From Acidobacteriota bacterium (GTDB taxonomy: Bacteria > Acidobacteriota > Polarisedimenticolia > Polarisedimenticolales > Polarisedimenticolaceae), in contig JAOTYK010000007.1 of the NCBI GenBank assembly GCA_029861955.1, positions 60,938-124,937 of the forward strand: a stretch of DNA of 64,000 nucleotides. Direction: 5' to 3'. The notes under the pieces are model-generated. The model was not told the DNA's origin. It searched no databases and was given only the letters and a program-made list of their open reading frames with translations. This document shows, in pieces, positions 29,701-37,361 of the stretch (within the stretch, counting starts at the first letter, position 1; the number at the start of each line of letters is the position of its first letter). The translations under genes were made by a program, and so were the position numbers.

Positions 29701-32382
29701 ACGGATCTCGACGGCGATCTTCTCGGCGACGCCTGTGACACGTGTCCCAACGATTTCAATAACGATGAGGACAGTGACACGATCTGTGGCGACGTGGACA
29801 ACTGTCCCACCGTCTCCAACATCGGCCAGGCGGATTTCGACGGCGATCTTCTCGGCGACGCCTGTGACGCGTGCCCCAACGACTTCAATAATGACGAGGA
29901 TTCCGACACGATCTGTGGCGATGTCGACAACTGCCCCACCGTCTCCAATGTCGGGCAGGGCAACGCCGATGGGGACGCCAACGGCGACGCCTGTGACATC
30001 TGTCCCAACGATGCCAACGACGACGAGGACGGCGACACGATCTGTGGCGATGTCGACAACTGCCCGACCATTTCAAACGTCGGGCAGGCGAATCTCGACG
30101 GCGATCTTCTCGGCGACGCCTGTGACGCGTGTCCCAACGATTTCAATAACGATGAAGACAGTGACACGATCTGTGGCGATGTCGACAACTGCCCCACCGT
30201 CTCCAACGTCGGCCAGTCCAACCTGGACGGCGATCTTCTCGGCGACGCCTGCGACACGTGTCCCAACGACTTCAACAATGACGAGGATTCCGACACGATC
30301 TGTGGCGATGTCGACAACTGCCCCACCGTCTCCAACGTCGGTCAGGGCAACGCCGATGGGGACGCCAACGGCGACGCGTGCGACATCTGCCCCAACGATG
30401 CCAACGACGACGAGGACGGCGACACGATCTGCGGCGACGTCGACAACTGCCCAACCATTTCAAACGTTGGCCAGGCCAACGCGGATGGCGACCTCCTCGG
30501 CGACGTCTGCGACAGCTGCCCCAACGACAGCGACAACGATCAGGATTCCGACACGATCTGCGGCGATGTCGACAACTGCCCAACGGTCGCAAACCTCGGT
30601 CAGGAGAATCTCGACGGGGACCTGCTGGGTGATGTCTGTGACACCTGTCCCAACGATAGCGACAACGACCAGGACTCCGACACGATCTGCGGCGACGTCG
30701 ACAACTGCCCGACCGTCTCCAACATGGGCCAGGGAAATGCCGACGGGGACGCCAACGGCGATGCCTGCGATATATGTCCCAACGATGCCAACGATGACGA
30801 GGATTCCGACACAATCTGCGGTGACGTCGATAACTGTCCGACCATCTCCAACGTTGGCCAGGCCAACGCCGATGGCGACCTGCTTGGCGACGCATGCGAT
30901 ACCTGCCCCAATGACAGCGATAACGATCAGGACGGCGACACGATCTGCGGCGACGTCGACAACTGCCCGGCAGTCTCCAACATCGGCCAGGCGAATCTCG
31001 ACGGCGATCTACTCGGCGATGCTTGTGACGCCTGCCCCAACGACATCAACAACGACGAAGATAGCGACACGATCTGTGGCGATGTCGACAACTGTCCCAC
31101 CGTGTCAAACGTCGGCCAGGGCAATGCCGACGGCGACGCCAACGGCGACGCCTGTGACGTCTGCCCCAACGACGCTAACGACGACGAGGATTCCGACACG
31201 GTCTGTGGCGATGTGGACAACTGTCCCACCACGTCAAATACCAACCAGCTCGACACCGACCTCGATACGCTTGGCGATGTATGTGATTCGTGCCCCAACG
31301 ATGCGGATAACAACATCGACGGCGACAATTTCTGTGGCGATGTGGACAACTGCCCATTCGTGCCGAACAACAACCAGCGTGACGACGACGGAGATCTCCT
31401 GGGCGACGCCTGTGACACGTGTCCCAACGACTTCAATAATGACGAGGATTCCGACACGATCTGTGGCGACGTCGACAACTGCCCCACCGTCTCCAATGTC
31501 GGTCAGTCCGACCTGGACGGCGATCTTCTCGGCGACGCCTGCGACACGTGTCCCAACGACTTCAACAATGACGAGGATTTCGACACAATCTGCGGCGACG
31601 TCGACAACTGCCCCACCGTCTCCAATACCGGCCAGGGCAACGCCGACGGCGATGCCGACGGCGACGCCTGCGACAGCTGCACCGACACCGATGGTGACGG
31701 ATTCGGCAACCCGGCGTTCCCGGCCAACAGCTGTCCCGACGATAACTGTCCGCTCATGGCGAATGCAGGCCAGGAAGACAACGAGTCCGACGGTCAGGGA
31801 GACATCTGCGATCCCGACGATGACAACGATGGCGTGATCGATCTTGACGACTGCGCCTCGTTCACGGCCGGTGTCGCCAATGATCCGCTCCCGATCGGTC
31901 CGTCGCTACGACTGAGGGGCGACATCGGCCAGACGCTGACCTGGACGAAGAGCTTCCAGGGCCACGTCAGCAACGTCTATGCGAGCCTGCGAGTGGGGAG
32001 CGGGCCGTTCGTGTTTCAGATGATCTGCTGGCGTTCGGAAGTGGTTAGGAACTCTACGACTATCAACACAGTTCCCGATCCCGGCGAGATGTGGTTCTAC
32101 CTGATCGGGGCTCGCAACAGCTGTGACGATTCGGCGATCGGCCAGGGATCGGATGGAACGCCAACCCAGTGGTCCGGGGCCTGTCCGTTCGGGGATAACG
32201 ATACCGACAGCGACACGATCCTCGATCTGGAGGATAACTGCTCGACGGTGGCGTCCCTCGATCAGACCGATGACGACGGTGACTTCATCGGGAACCTGTG
32301 CGACAACTGTCCGGCGACGTTCAACCCGGGGCAGGTCGACACGGACAACGATACGATCGGAGATGCCTGCGATCCGGGCTAG
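26734..32382 (+). CDS. giant secreted protein (1882 aa): beta-sandwich N-domain + PAP-like metallophosphoesterase + PKD domain + long thrombospondin type-3 repeat array
   Basis: Signal ...GVGVAFAE. The N-domain and phosphoesterase are clearly paralogous to 21988-25761 (GDSGTAN, GDNAY, GNHD, WHHPPYS, GHSHSYER). A PKD-like segment WAWDFENDGQPDSVAQNPTHSYTNPGIYTV lies at about 28600-28815. After that come arrays of about 43-aa Cys/Asp repeats. Confidence 0.88.
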   Translation: MGARVYRRLMIGLLLVLGVGVAFAETIVVDFGGPTLYKANDTDPALGLTWIAPGFDDALWDPGNFGVGYETGSGAENLIQSMIPSTSRSAYTRTTFNVADKTSIFNMILGLDYDDAVIVWMNGQEVYRSPNMPPGPPLWNTSATAGHESSNAAAPVYELFDITSMALPHVVDGENVLAIGLWNHGTGSSDFVIAPQLVLNRVATVTRGPYLQMATPDSVRIRWRTNIPVTSRVLYGDAPGNLLTPEMDPILKPDHDVELTGLLADTQYFYAVGDSSTILAGDDADHHFFTAPLVGVAKPMRIWVTGDSGTANLAAQDVRDAYLAFTAGTRTDFWLLLGDNAYPSGTDQEYQAAFFDMYPTILRQVSSWSTIGNHDIVNRGLETGAYFDIFSLPSNAEAGGLVSGTEAYYSFDYGNIHFIVLDSSGTDRSGTGTMMTWLEDDIADTSQDWVVAFWHHPPYSKGSHDSDTETPLIEMRTNALPILEDYGVDLVLSGHSHSYERSYLIDGHYGDSTTYDDQTMELNGGDGRVTGDGPYIKTLLGPDPHAGSVYVVAGSSGQLGGGTLDYPAHYFGLLERGSVALDVNGQRLDATFIDRFGAVRDTWTMIKGPNPLMPDAEFSTSAVLGLMPLSIDFFDLSTNTPTSWAWDFENDGQPDSVAQNPTHSYTNPGIYTVALDAGNIYGVDAEIKIDQVCVYENDPSLVDGAAFESSTRLIWNGYAAGQAYDTIRGGLLDLQTLGLSGTPLTCIENDDADLHADDATLPAAGDGFFYLVRAGDCANRTGSFDTTGIGQLESRDPALQASGSVCSCATGDDIDGDALCDLFDDCKDTDGDGFGNPGYPQDTCPTDNCPDINNVPQTDSDMDLLGDACDVCALDPDNDIDGDGACGDVDNCPVTSNPTQLDTDSDGPGDACDTCTDTDGDGFGNPGFPVNSCPDDNCPIVSNVGQGNADGDMLGDACDACPADADNDLDGDTICGDVDNCPTVSNIGQTDLDGDLLGDACDTCPNDFNNDEDSDTICGDVDNCPTVSNIGQADFDGDLLGDACDACPNDFNNDEDSDTICGDVDNCPTVSNVGQGNADGDANGDACDICPNDANDDEDGDTICGDVDNCPTISNVGQANLDGDLLGDACDACPNDFNNDEDSDTICGDVDNCPTVSNVGQSNLDGDLLGDACDTCPNDFNNDEDSDTICGDVDNCPTVSNVGQGNADGDANGDACDICPNDANDDEDGDTICGDVDNCPTISNVGQANADGDLLGDVCDSCPNDSDNDQDSDTICGDVDNCPTVANLGQENLDGDLLGDVCDTCPNDSDNDQDSDTICGDVDNCPTVSNMGQGNADGDANGDACDICPNDANDDEDSDTICGDVDNCPTISNVGQANADGDLLGDACDTCPNDSDNDQDGDTICGDVDNCPAVSNIGQANLDGDLLGDACDACPNDINNDEDSDTICGDVDNCPTVSNVGQGNADGDANGDACDVCPNDANDDEDSDTVCGDVDNCPTTSNTNQLDTDLDTLGDVCDSCPNDADNNIDGDNFCGDVDNCPFVPNNNQRDDDGDLLGDACDTCPNDFNNDEDSDTICGDVDNCPTVSNVGQSDLDGDLLGDACDTCPNDFNNDEDFDTICGDVDNCPTVSNTGQGNADGDADGDACDSCTDTDGDGFGNPAFPANSCPDDNCPLMANAGQEDNESDGQGDICDPDDDNDGVIDLDDCASFTAGVANDPLPIGPSLRLRGDIGQTLTWTKSFQGHVSNVYASLRVGSGPFVFQMICWRSEVVRNSTTINTVPDPGEMWFYLIGARNSCDDSAIGQGSDGTPTQWSGACPFGDNDTDSDTILDLEDNCSTVASLDQTDDDGDFIGNLCDNCPATFNPGQVDTDNDTIGDACDPG
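29538..31680 (+). repeat. in-frame tandem array of 129-nt (43-aa) units with a 387-nt higher-order period
   Basis: The anchor gacac(g/a)atctg(t/c)ggc recurs at 29647, 29776, 29905, 30034, 30163, 30292, 30421, 30550, 30679, 30808, 30937, 31066, 31195, 31453 and 31582, with a diverged copy at 31324. Spacing is exactly 129 nt. Compared units look roughly 90% or more identical by eye. Confidence 0.92.
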
Positions 32383-32672
32383 TCGGTCAGCCTGGACCAC
32401 TCGTCGGGTGTCATGGTTCGCAGCGCCAGCGCATGAATCATCGTCCCCATCCGTCTACCGAGCGACTCGTAGACCCGTCGATGCTGCTCGACTCGTGTGA
32501 GTCCGGCGAACGACGTGCTAACGAGGGTCACCGTGTAGTGGCCGCCGCCGGTCACATTACCGGCGTGGCCCGCATGGTGGGCGCTGTCGTCCTGGATCCG
32601 CAAGACCTCCGGGGTGAACGCGGCGGTCAGGACGCCTTCGATCTCTCGGGCATTCTCGGTCGGATCGCTCAT
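32379..32672 (-). CDS. BolA family protein
   Basis: IQDDSAHHAGHAG..HYTVTLVSTSFAGLTRVEQHRRVYESL..IHALALRTMTPDEW is the BolA/YrbA pattern. ATG 32672 overlaps the upstream stop (ATGA). Confidence 0.88.
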   Translation of the reverse strand: MSDPTENAREIEGVLTAAFTPEVLRIQDDSAHHAGHAGNVTGGGHYTVTLVSTSFAGLTRVEQHRRVYESLGRRMGTMIHALALRTMTPDEWSRLTD

Positions 32673-34060
32673 TGGGTGCTCCACTGGTCGCCGTCCTCAC
32701 CCACTCTTCGGGCCGAGCCGGATCGCTCGAGCAACAGCAGATGAGAAAGGGTCTGACGACGGATCAGGGGTAGAGGCATCTCTGGCAGATCATCGTAGGC
32801 CTGGCGTGCGATCCGATCCAGTTCCAGCGGTGCATCGCCAAGCTGCACGCGGATCTTGCTCTCCCGTTGGCGACGATGCTCCAGCACCCGCTCCAGCGTC
32901 TTACCTGGTAGCGGCGTGCCATGTCCGGGGAGGAGCGTCTTGCATCCAAGCTCCTTCATCCGCTCGAGCGACTGGAGGTAGTCCCCCATATCGCCGCTCT
33001 CGGGATCGATGAGGATCGTGGAAACGCTACTCACGAGGTCTCCCGTCAGCAACAGTCCGCGATCGACCAACTCGAAGGCCATGTGGCCGACGGCGTGGCC
33101 CGGTGTGTGATGGGCACGAAGCGTGATTCCGGCCAGATCGATCGTCTCACCGTCGGCAATCGTCAGGGTTCGAAGATCGCCGAGACGATCTCGCAACGGC
33201 TCGAGGGTCGCCTCGTGAGCGCAGACCGGTACATCGAGGCGTGTGGCAATCTGCGCGACTCCATCAACATGATCCTGATGATGATGGGTCAGCAAGACCA
33301 TCCGCAGCCGGTCGCCATCGGAACAGCGTCGCTCGATCACACCGGCGAGCCGATCCAGCTCTTCCGGCTCGTCGGATCCCGGATCCACGATGGCGAAGAA
33401 CCTCCCGCCGGGAAACCAGACATTGGTATGGGTTGCAGGTGGGAGGGTTGCCGTCGACAACGGCACCATCCAGGTCCCCGGCGTGAACTCGATTCGCGGA
33501 GTTCGCTCTTCTCGTTGGTTGGCCTGCCGGATCGCTTCCGCCAGCTGCTCGAGAGAGGCACTCTCGTGGCGTGCGAGACAACGGAGGATCGGCAAGACCG
33601 GCGGTGGCACGCGGCACTCCCCACGCTCCCATGCTTCCAGAACGGTCTCCGCCAATTCGAAGCGTGCCGAGTCCAGCTCGTCGGTCATCGGTGCGATCTC
33701 GTCGCGTAACGCCTCGACACGATGGACAAAAAAGCGATTCATGAAACGAACCGGGAACATCGGCGGCGTGATTCGATCCCCGGCGTCGATCCACTCGGTA
33801 GCCTCAACCTGCAGACCGAGCTCCTCGTCCAACTCCCTGGAGGCGGCCGCCCGAAAGGGATCGGCGGTCTCTCGATCGGCGGCGTCGATCGTCCCTCCCG
33901 GAAACGAGAGGTGGCCCGGCATGAATCGGGTGGATCGCGATCGTCGAGCCAGCAGGACCCGATCTCGCCCATCCTCGTCGCGACGCACGAGTATTGCGGC
34001 GGCGCTGTCCCTCGGTTCGGCGGGACGGGCGCGAGGGATACCGTCAGGCAGCTCGCTCAA
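32669..34060 (-). CDS. fusion protein: CoA-pyrophosphatase-type Nudix hydrolase + MBL-fold hydrolase
   Basis: N-terminal LLARRSRSTRFMPGHLSFPGG fits the CoA-Nudix signature LLTxR[SA]x3Rx3Gx3FPGG, followed by the Nudix box ASRELDEELGL. The C-terminal half has LLTHHHQDHVDG (HxHxDH) plus later His/Asp ligands. TTG start overlaps the upstream stop. Confidence 0.85.
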   Translation of the reverse strand: MSELPDGIPRARPAEPRDSAAAILVRRDEDGRDRVLLARRSRSTRFMPGHLSFPGGTIDAADRETADPFRAAASRELDEELGLQVEATEWIDAGDRITPPMFPVRFMNRFFVHRVEALRDEIAPMTDELDSARFELAETVLEAWERGECRVPPPVLPILRCLARHESASLEQLAEAIRQANQREERTPRIEFTPGTWMVPLSTATLPPATHTNVWFPGGRFFAIVDPGSDEPEELDRLAGVIERRCSDGDRLRMVLLTHHHQDHVDGVAQIATRLDVPVCAHEATLEPLRDRLGDLRTLTIADGETIDLAGITLRAHHTPGHAVGHMAFELVDRGLLLTGDLVSSVSTILIDPESGDMGDYLQSLERMKELGCKTLLPGHGTPLPGKTLERVLEHRRQRESKIRVQLGDAPLELDRIARQAYDDLPEMPLPLIRRQTLSHLLLLERSGSARRVGEDGDQWSTQ

Positions 34061-35298
34061 TCCTTGCCTCCCGCCATCCAGCGTTCGATCTCGTCGGTGG
34101 ACCTGGGGAAATCGGCCGACAGGACCCGCGGTCCGTCGACGGTCACCAGGACGTCGTCTTCAATTCGGATTCCGATTCCCTCGTCCTCGAGGTAGACCCC
34201 TGGCTCGATCGTGATCACCGCTCCGGCTTCCAGCGGGCCATCGGCCTGAGGCGTGTCATGAACATGGATCCCCAGGTGATGCCCGATGCCGTGAGCGAAT
34301 CGGGACCCCAGCCCTGCCCGATCGATAACCTCGTAGGCCAACGCATGGAGATCCGCCAGCGTCACACCGACGACACAGCCCTCGATGGCGACACGTTGAG
34401 CCTCGAGAACGACGTCGTACAGCTCTTTCTGTCGAACGGTGAATTTTCCCGACACGGGGAATGTCCGGCTGATATCGGAGCAGTATCCCTCGAGTCTGAC
34501 ACCGGTGTCGATCAACAGCAGTTGCCCCTCCGACAACACGCCGTCGTTGGCGCGGTAGTGCAGTTGGAGCGCATTGGACCCGGCCGCGCAGATCGCCCCG
34601 AAGGCATGGCTTGCGCCCGCCGTGCGATAGGCGTAACTCAGTTCCGCCTCGAGTTGCCCCTCGCGGATACCGGGCGCCGTCGCCGCGGCGATCCGATCGA
34701 GCCCCCGTCGAGTGACCTGAAGCGCGTTTTCGATGGCCTCGATCTCGCCGTCATCCTTCAAGGCCCGCATCCGATCCAGGCGCTCCCCCGCATCGCGAAT
34801 CCGGACGGCGGGGAAATGATCGCGGATCCGCCCGGCGAGCCGTGTCAGGGCATCGGGTCGATCACGGAAACTCGCGGGTGCCGAGCGAATCAGCCAGAGG
34901 GTCCTTCCGCCGCGCAGCGCCGTAGCCAGAATGGCGTCGAGACCGGCGACATCCGCGACGAGATCGACGCCCAGAGCCGCCGCGTCGACGCCCTCGACCG
35001 TCTCTGACGCATCCTCGCCCCATTGGGCCAGCACCGGGTCCGACTTCGGCAGCAGGAGCACGGCACTCGCGTGACGGCTCCGCATGTAGTCCGGGCCGGG
35101 TGCACCGCGGGTCCGTGGCAGGTTGAACCGCCGGTGACCAAACAGAAGGACACCGGCGGTCTCCCGCGACCCGCTTAGATACGCGTAGTTGGGGTCGAGG
35201 TCGTCGCCCCCGTCACCGAACGCCAGAAAAAGATCGTCCGGCGACTGTTCCGTCAGCCGGGCACGGCGTTTCGAGAACACCTGCTTGTCGTGCCGCAT
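34057..35298 (-). CDS. Xaa-Pro aminopeptidase / M24 family peptidase
   Basis: Pita-bread fold ligand series LLIDTG, DISRTFPV, HGIGHHLGIHVHD, ITIEPGVY and GIRIEDDVLV. Confidence 0.9.
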   Translation of the reverse strand: MRHDKQVFSKRRARLTEQSPDDLFLAFGDGGDDLDPNYAYLSGSRETAGVLLFGHRRFNLPRTRGAPGPDYMRSRHASAVLLLPKSDPVLAQWGEDASETVEGVDAAALGVDLVADVAGLDAILATALRGGRTLWLIRSAPASFRDRPDALTRLAGRIRDHFPAVRIRDAGERLDRMRALKDDGEIEAIENALQVTRRGLDRIAAATAPGIREGQLEAELSYAYRTAGASHAFGAICAAGSNALQLHYRANDGVLSEGQLLLIDTGVRLEGYCSDISRTFPVSGKFTVRQKELYDVVLEAQRVAIEGCVVGVTLADLHALAYEVIDRAGLGSRFAHGIGHHLGIHVHDTPQADGPLEAGAVITIEPGVYLEDEGIGIRIEDDVLVTVDGPRVLSADFPRSTDEIERWMAGGKD

Positions 35299-35305
35299 AG
35301 AATGC

Positions 35306-37201
35306 CTAGACGGGTTCGCCTACTTCGGCCGCCTCGTCCGACTTCTCCGCCGGCGTGCTTGCTGCGGAGACGATGTCATTCTCCATCCAGGCGTAGTTGC
35401 CGCGCAAGACCTCTCGGGCCAGACGAGTCTGGCAGGCGTCGTCGTTGCGCCACATGCCCCGGAAGTAGTCCTTGACCCGCCGCCTCGAGGCACGGCAGAA
35501 GAACTCCACCAGCCGTGTCGCAGACTCCGCATCGGCACTACCCGACTGCCGCATCGACTGGGCCCGGGAAATGGCCGCCGACATCGCCATGAGTTCGTTG
35601 GCCACATCGACGATCCGGAACAGGAACGCCTGCTTTCGCTGAAGTTTGGGGCCGTGCACGACCATCCCGTGGAAGACCTGACGGGAGAGCTTACGGGCGC
35701 TCCGGTTGATAAACCGCAGATGACGGGCCAGGGGTCCGAATTCTGCGTAGCGTGGCCAACGTCCCCATCCAAGCCAACGAGTCGGGTACCAGGTGGCGTA
35801 GAACAGGGCGATTCCCGGCAACGCCTTCAACTTCTGCCCAAGGCTCTTCTTCGGGTCGATCATCGCGCCGGAGACCTGCAGGTGCTTATCCACGGCCTCG
35901 CGAGCCATGAATAGATGCATGATCTCGCTGGAACCCTCGAAGATCGTGTTGATCCGACTATCACGCATGAGCCGCTCGACATCGATCGGGGCCTCGCCTC
36001 GATCCGCCAACGACTGCACCGTCTCGTAGCCGCGACCGCCACGAATCTGCATCGTCTCGTCGATCAGCCGCCAACCCTGAACGGTGTTCCATTCTTTCGC
36101 GGCCGCCGCCTCCAATCGGATGTCGTACCCGCCGCGGTCCGCCATCTCGCTGACCAGGTCGGAGATCGCTTCCATCGCGAAGGTCGTCGCCGCCATGTCC
36201 GACAGCTTATGAGCGATCGCCTCGTGCTTGCCGATGGGGAAGCCCCACTGGACACGCTCGGCGGCCCATTTCCTGCAAATCTCGAGACAGCGTTTTGTGG
36301 AACCCGCAGAGCCCGCCGGCAACGAGAGACGACCGGTGTTCAACGTGGTCAGGGCGATCTTGAGCCCGGCCCCCTCTTTTCCGATCAGGTTCTCTTTCGG
36401 CACGCGGACATTGGTGAACGAGATCACGCCATTGGCGAGTGCGCGAAGTCCCATGAAATGACATCGATGTTCGACAGTCACTCCGGGGCTGTCCGCCTCG
36501 ACGACGAACGCGCTGATCCGGTTCGTATCGGGGTGCTTGGCCATCACGACCAGCAGATCGGCGATGGTCCCGTTGGTGCACCAGAGCTTCTCACCGTTGA
36601 TGATGTAATGGCTGTCGTCGTCCGCTCTCTCTGCGGTGGTGTCGAGATTGGCGGGATCCGAACCCACGCTGTCCTCGGTCAGGGCGAACGCCGTGATCGC
36701 CCCGGCGGCACAACGCGGCAAGTACTTCTGCTTTAACTCGGTCGACCCGAAGATCTTCAGGGGCTGCGGCACGCCGATGGACTGGTGTGCCGAGAGGAGA
36801 GCCGATACCGATCCGTCGGCGCTACCGAGCAACTCCATCACCCGGGAGTACTCGACCTGGCTGAATCCCAACCCACCGTATTCACGGGGGATCTTCAGTC
36901 CGAATGCACCCATCTGCTTGAGCCCGTCGATCAGGGACTGCGGATACTCGCCCGTCGCATCGATGGCCGCCGAGTCGACCTCGTTCTCGAGGAACGTCTT
37001 CAACCGAGCGAAGAACGCGGTGAACTCCGGGCGCTCCTGATCGGTCCTGGGGAACGGATGAACGAGTCCCAGACGAAACCGACCGAGGAACAGCTCACGG
37101 AGAAAGCTGGGTTGCTTCCACTCTTTCTCACGGGCCGCCTCGGCGACCTCCATGGATTCCCGCTCGGCCTCGAGTTCGCTGTTCTTGATCGTCTCGGTCA
37201 T
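35306..37201 (-). CDS. acyl-CoA dehydrogenase, long form with C-terminal extension (VLCAD/FadE-like)
   Basis: ACAD motifs FALTEDSVGSDP, KLWCTNG and QIRGGRGYE (catalytic Glu region). 631 aa with an extra helical C-terminal domain of about 180 aa. Confidence 0.92.
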   Translation of the reverse strand: MTETIKNSELEAERESMEVAEAAREKEWKQPSFLRELFLGRFRLGLVHPFPRTDQERPEFTAFFARLKTFLENEVDSAAIDATGEYPQSLIDGLKQMGAFGLKIPREYGGLGFSQVEYSRVMELLGSADGSVSALLSAHQSIGVPQPLKIFGSTELKQKYLPRCAAGAITAFALTEDSVGSDPANLDTTAERADDDSHYIINGEKLWCTNGTIADLLVVMAKHPDTNRISAFVVEADSPGVTVEHRCHFMGLRALANGVISFTNVRVPKENLIGKEGAGLKIALTTLNTGRLSLPAGSAGSTKRCLEICRKWAAERVQWGFPIGKHEAIAHKLSDMAATTFAMEAISDLVSEMADRGGYDIRLEAAAAKEWNTVQGWRLIDETMQIRGGRGYETVQSLADRGEAPIDVERLMRDSRINTIFEGSSEIMHLFMAREAVDKHLQVSGAMIDPKKSLGQKLKALPGIALFYATWYPTRWLGWGRWPRYAEFGPLARHLRFINRSARKLSRQVFHGMVVHGPKLQRKQAFLFRIVDVANELMAMSAAISRAQSMRQSGSADAESATRLVEFFCRASRRRVKDYFRGMWRNDDACQTRLAREVLRGNYAWMENDIVSAASTPAEKSDEAAEVGEPV

Positions 37202-37361
37202 CGCAACCTCAACCCTGCCGGTGTTGAGCTCCCGACACGGCGTAACCCATTAATACTATGGTAGATAATGTAGATATTAGGGTCCAGAGCCCGTCGATGC
37301 CAGCAGACAGGCTACGCCCCGAATCCATAACCCGAACCTGCGATCTGGGCCGATCCGCCGG

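Noticed and set aside
29538-31680. The regularly spaced repeat array might be a CRISPR array.
   Set aside because: The period is 129 nt with no unique spacers. The whole unit repeats and is in frame within a long CDS encoding calcium-binding repeats. No cas genes are present.
28985-31837. A 950-aa ORF in an alternative plus frame, and several 60-360-aa minus-strand ORFs (e.g. 29253-30335, 30927-31496), across the repeat array.
   Set aside because: They are low-complexity Thr/Ser/Pro/Arg-rich shadows produced by the stop-free GAC/GGC-rich 129-nt repeat. The frame of 26734-32382 carries coherent domains and Cys/Asp motifs, so it is the real one.
33994-36736. Plus-strand ORFs 33994-35007, 35189-35914 and 35915-36736.
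   Set aside because: They are antisense to the M24 peptidase and acyl-CoA dehydrogenase genes, which have clear family motifs. These are shadow ORFs.
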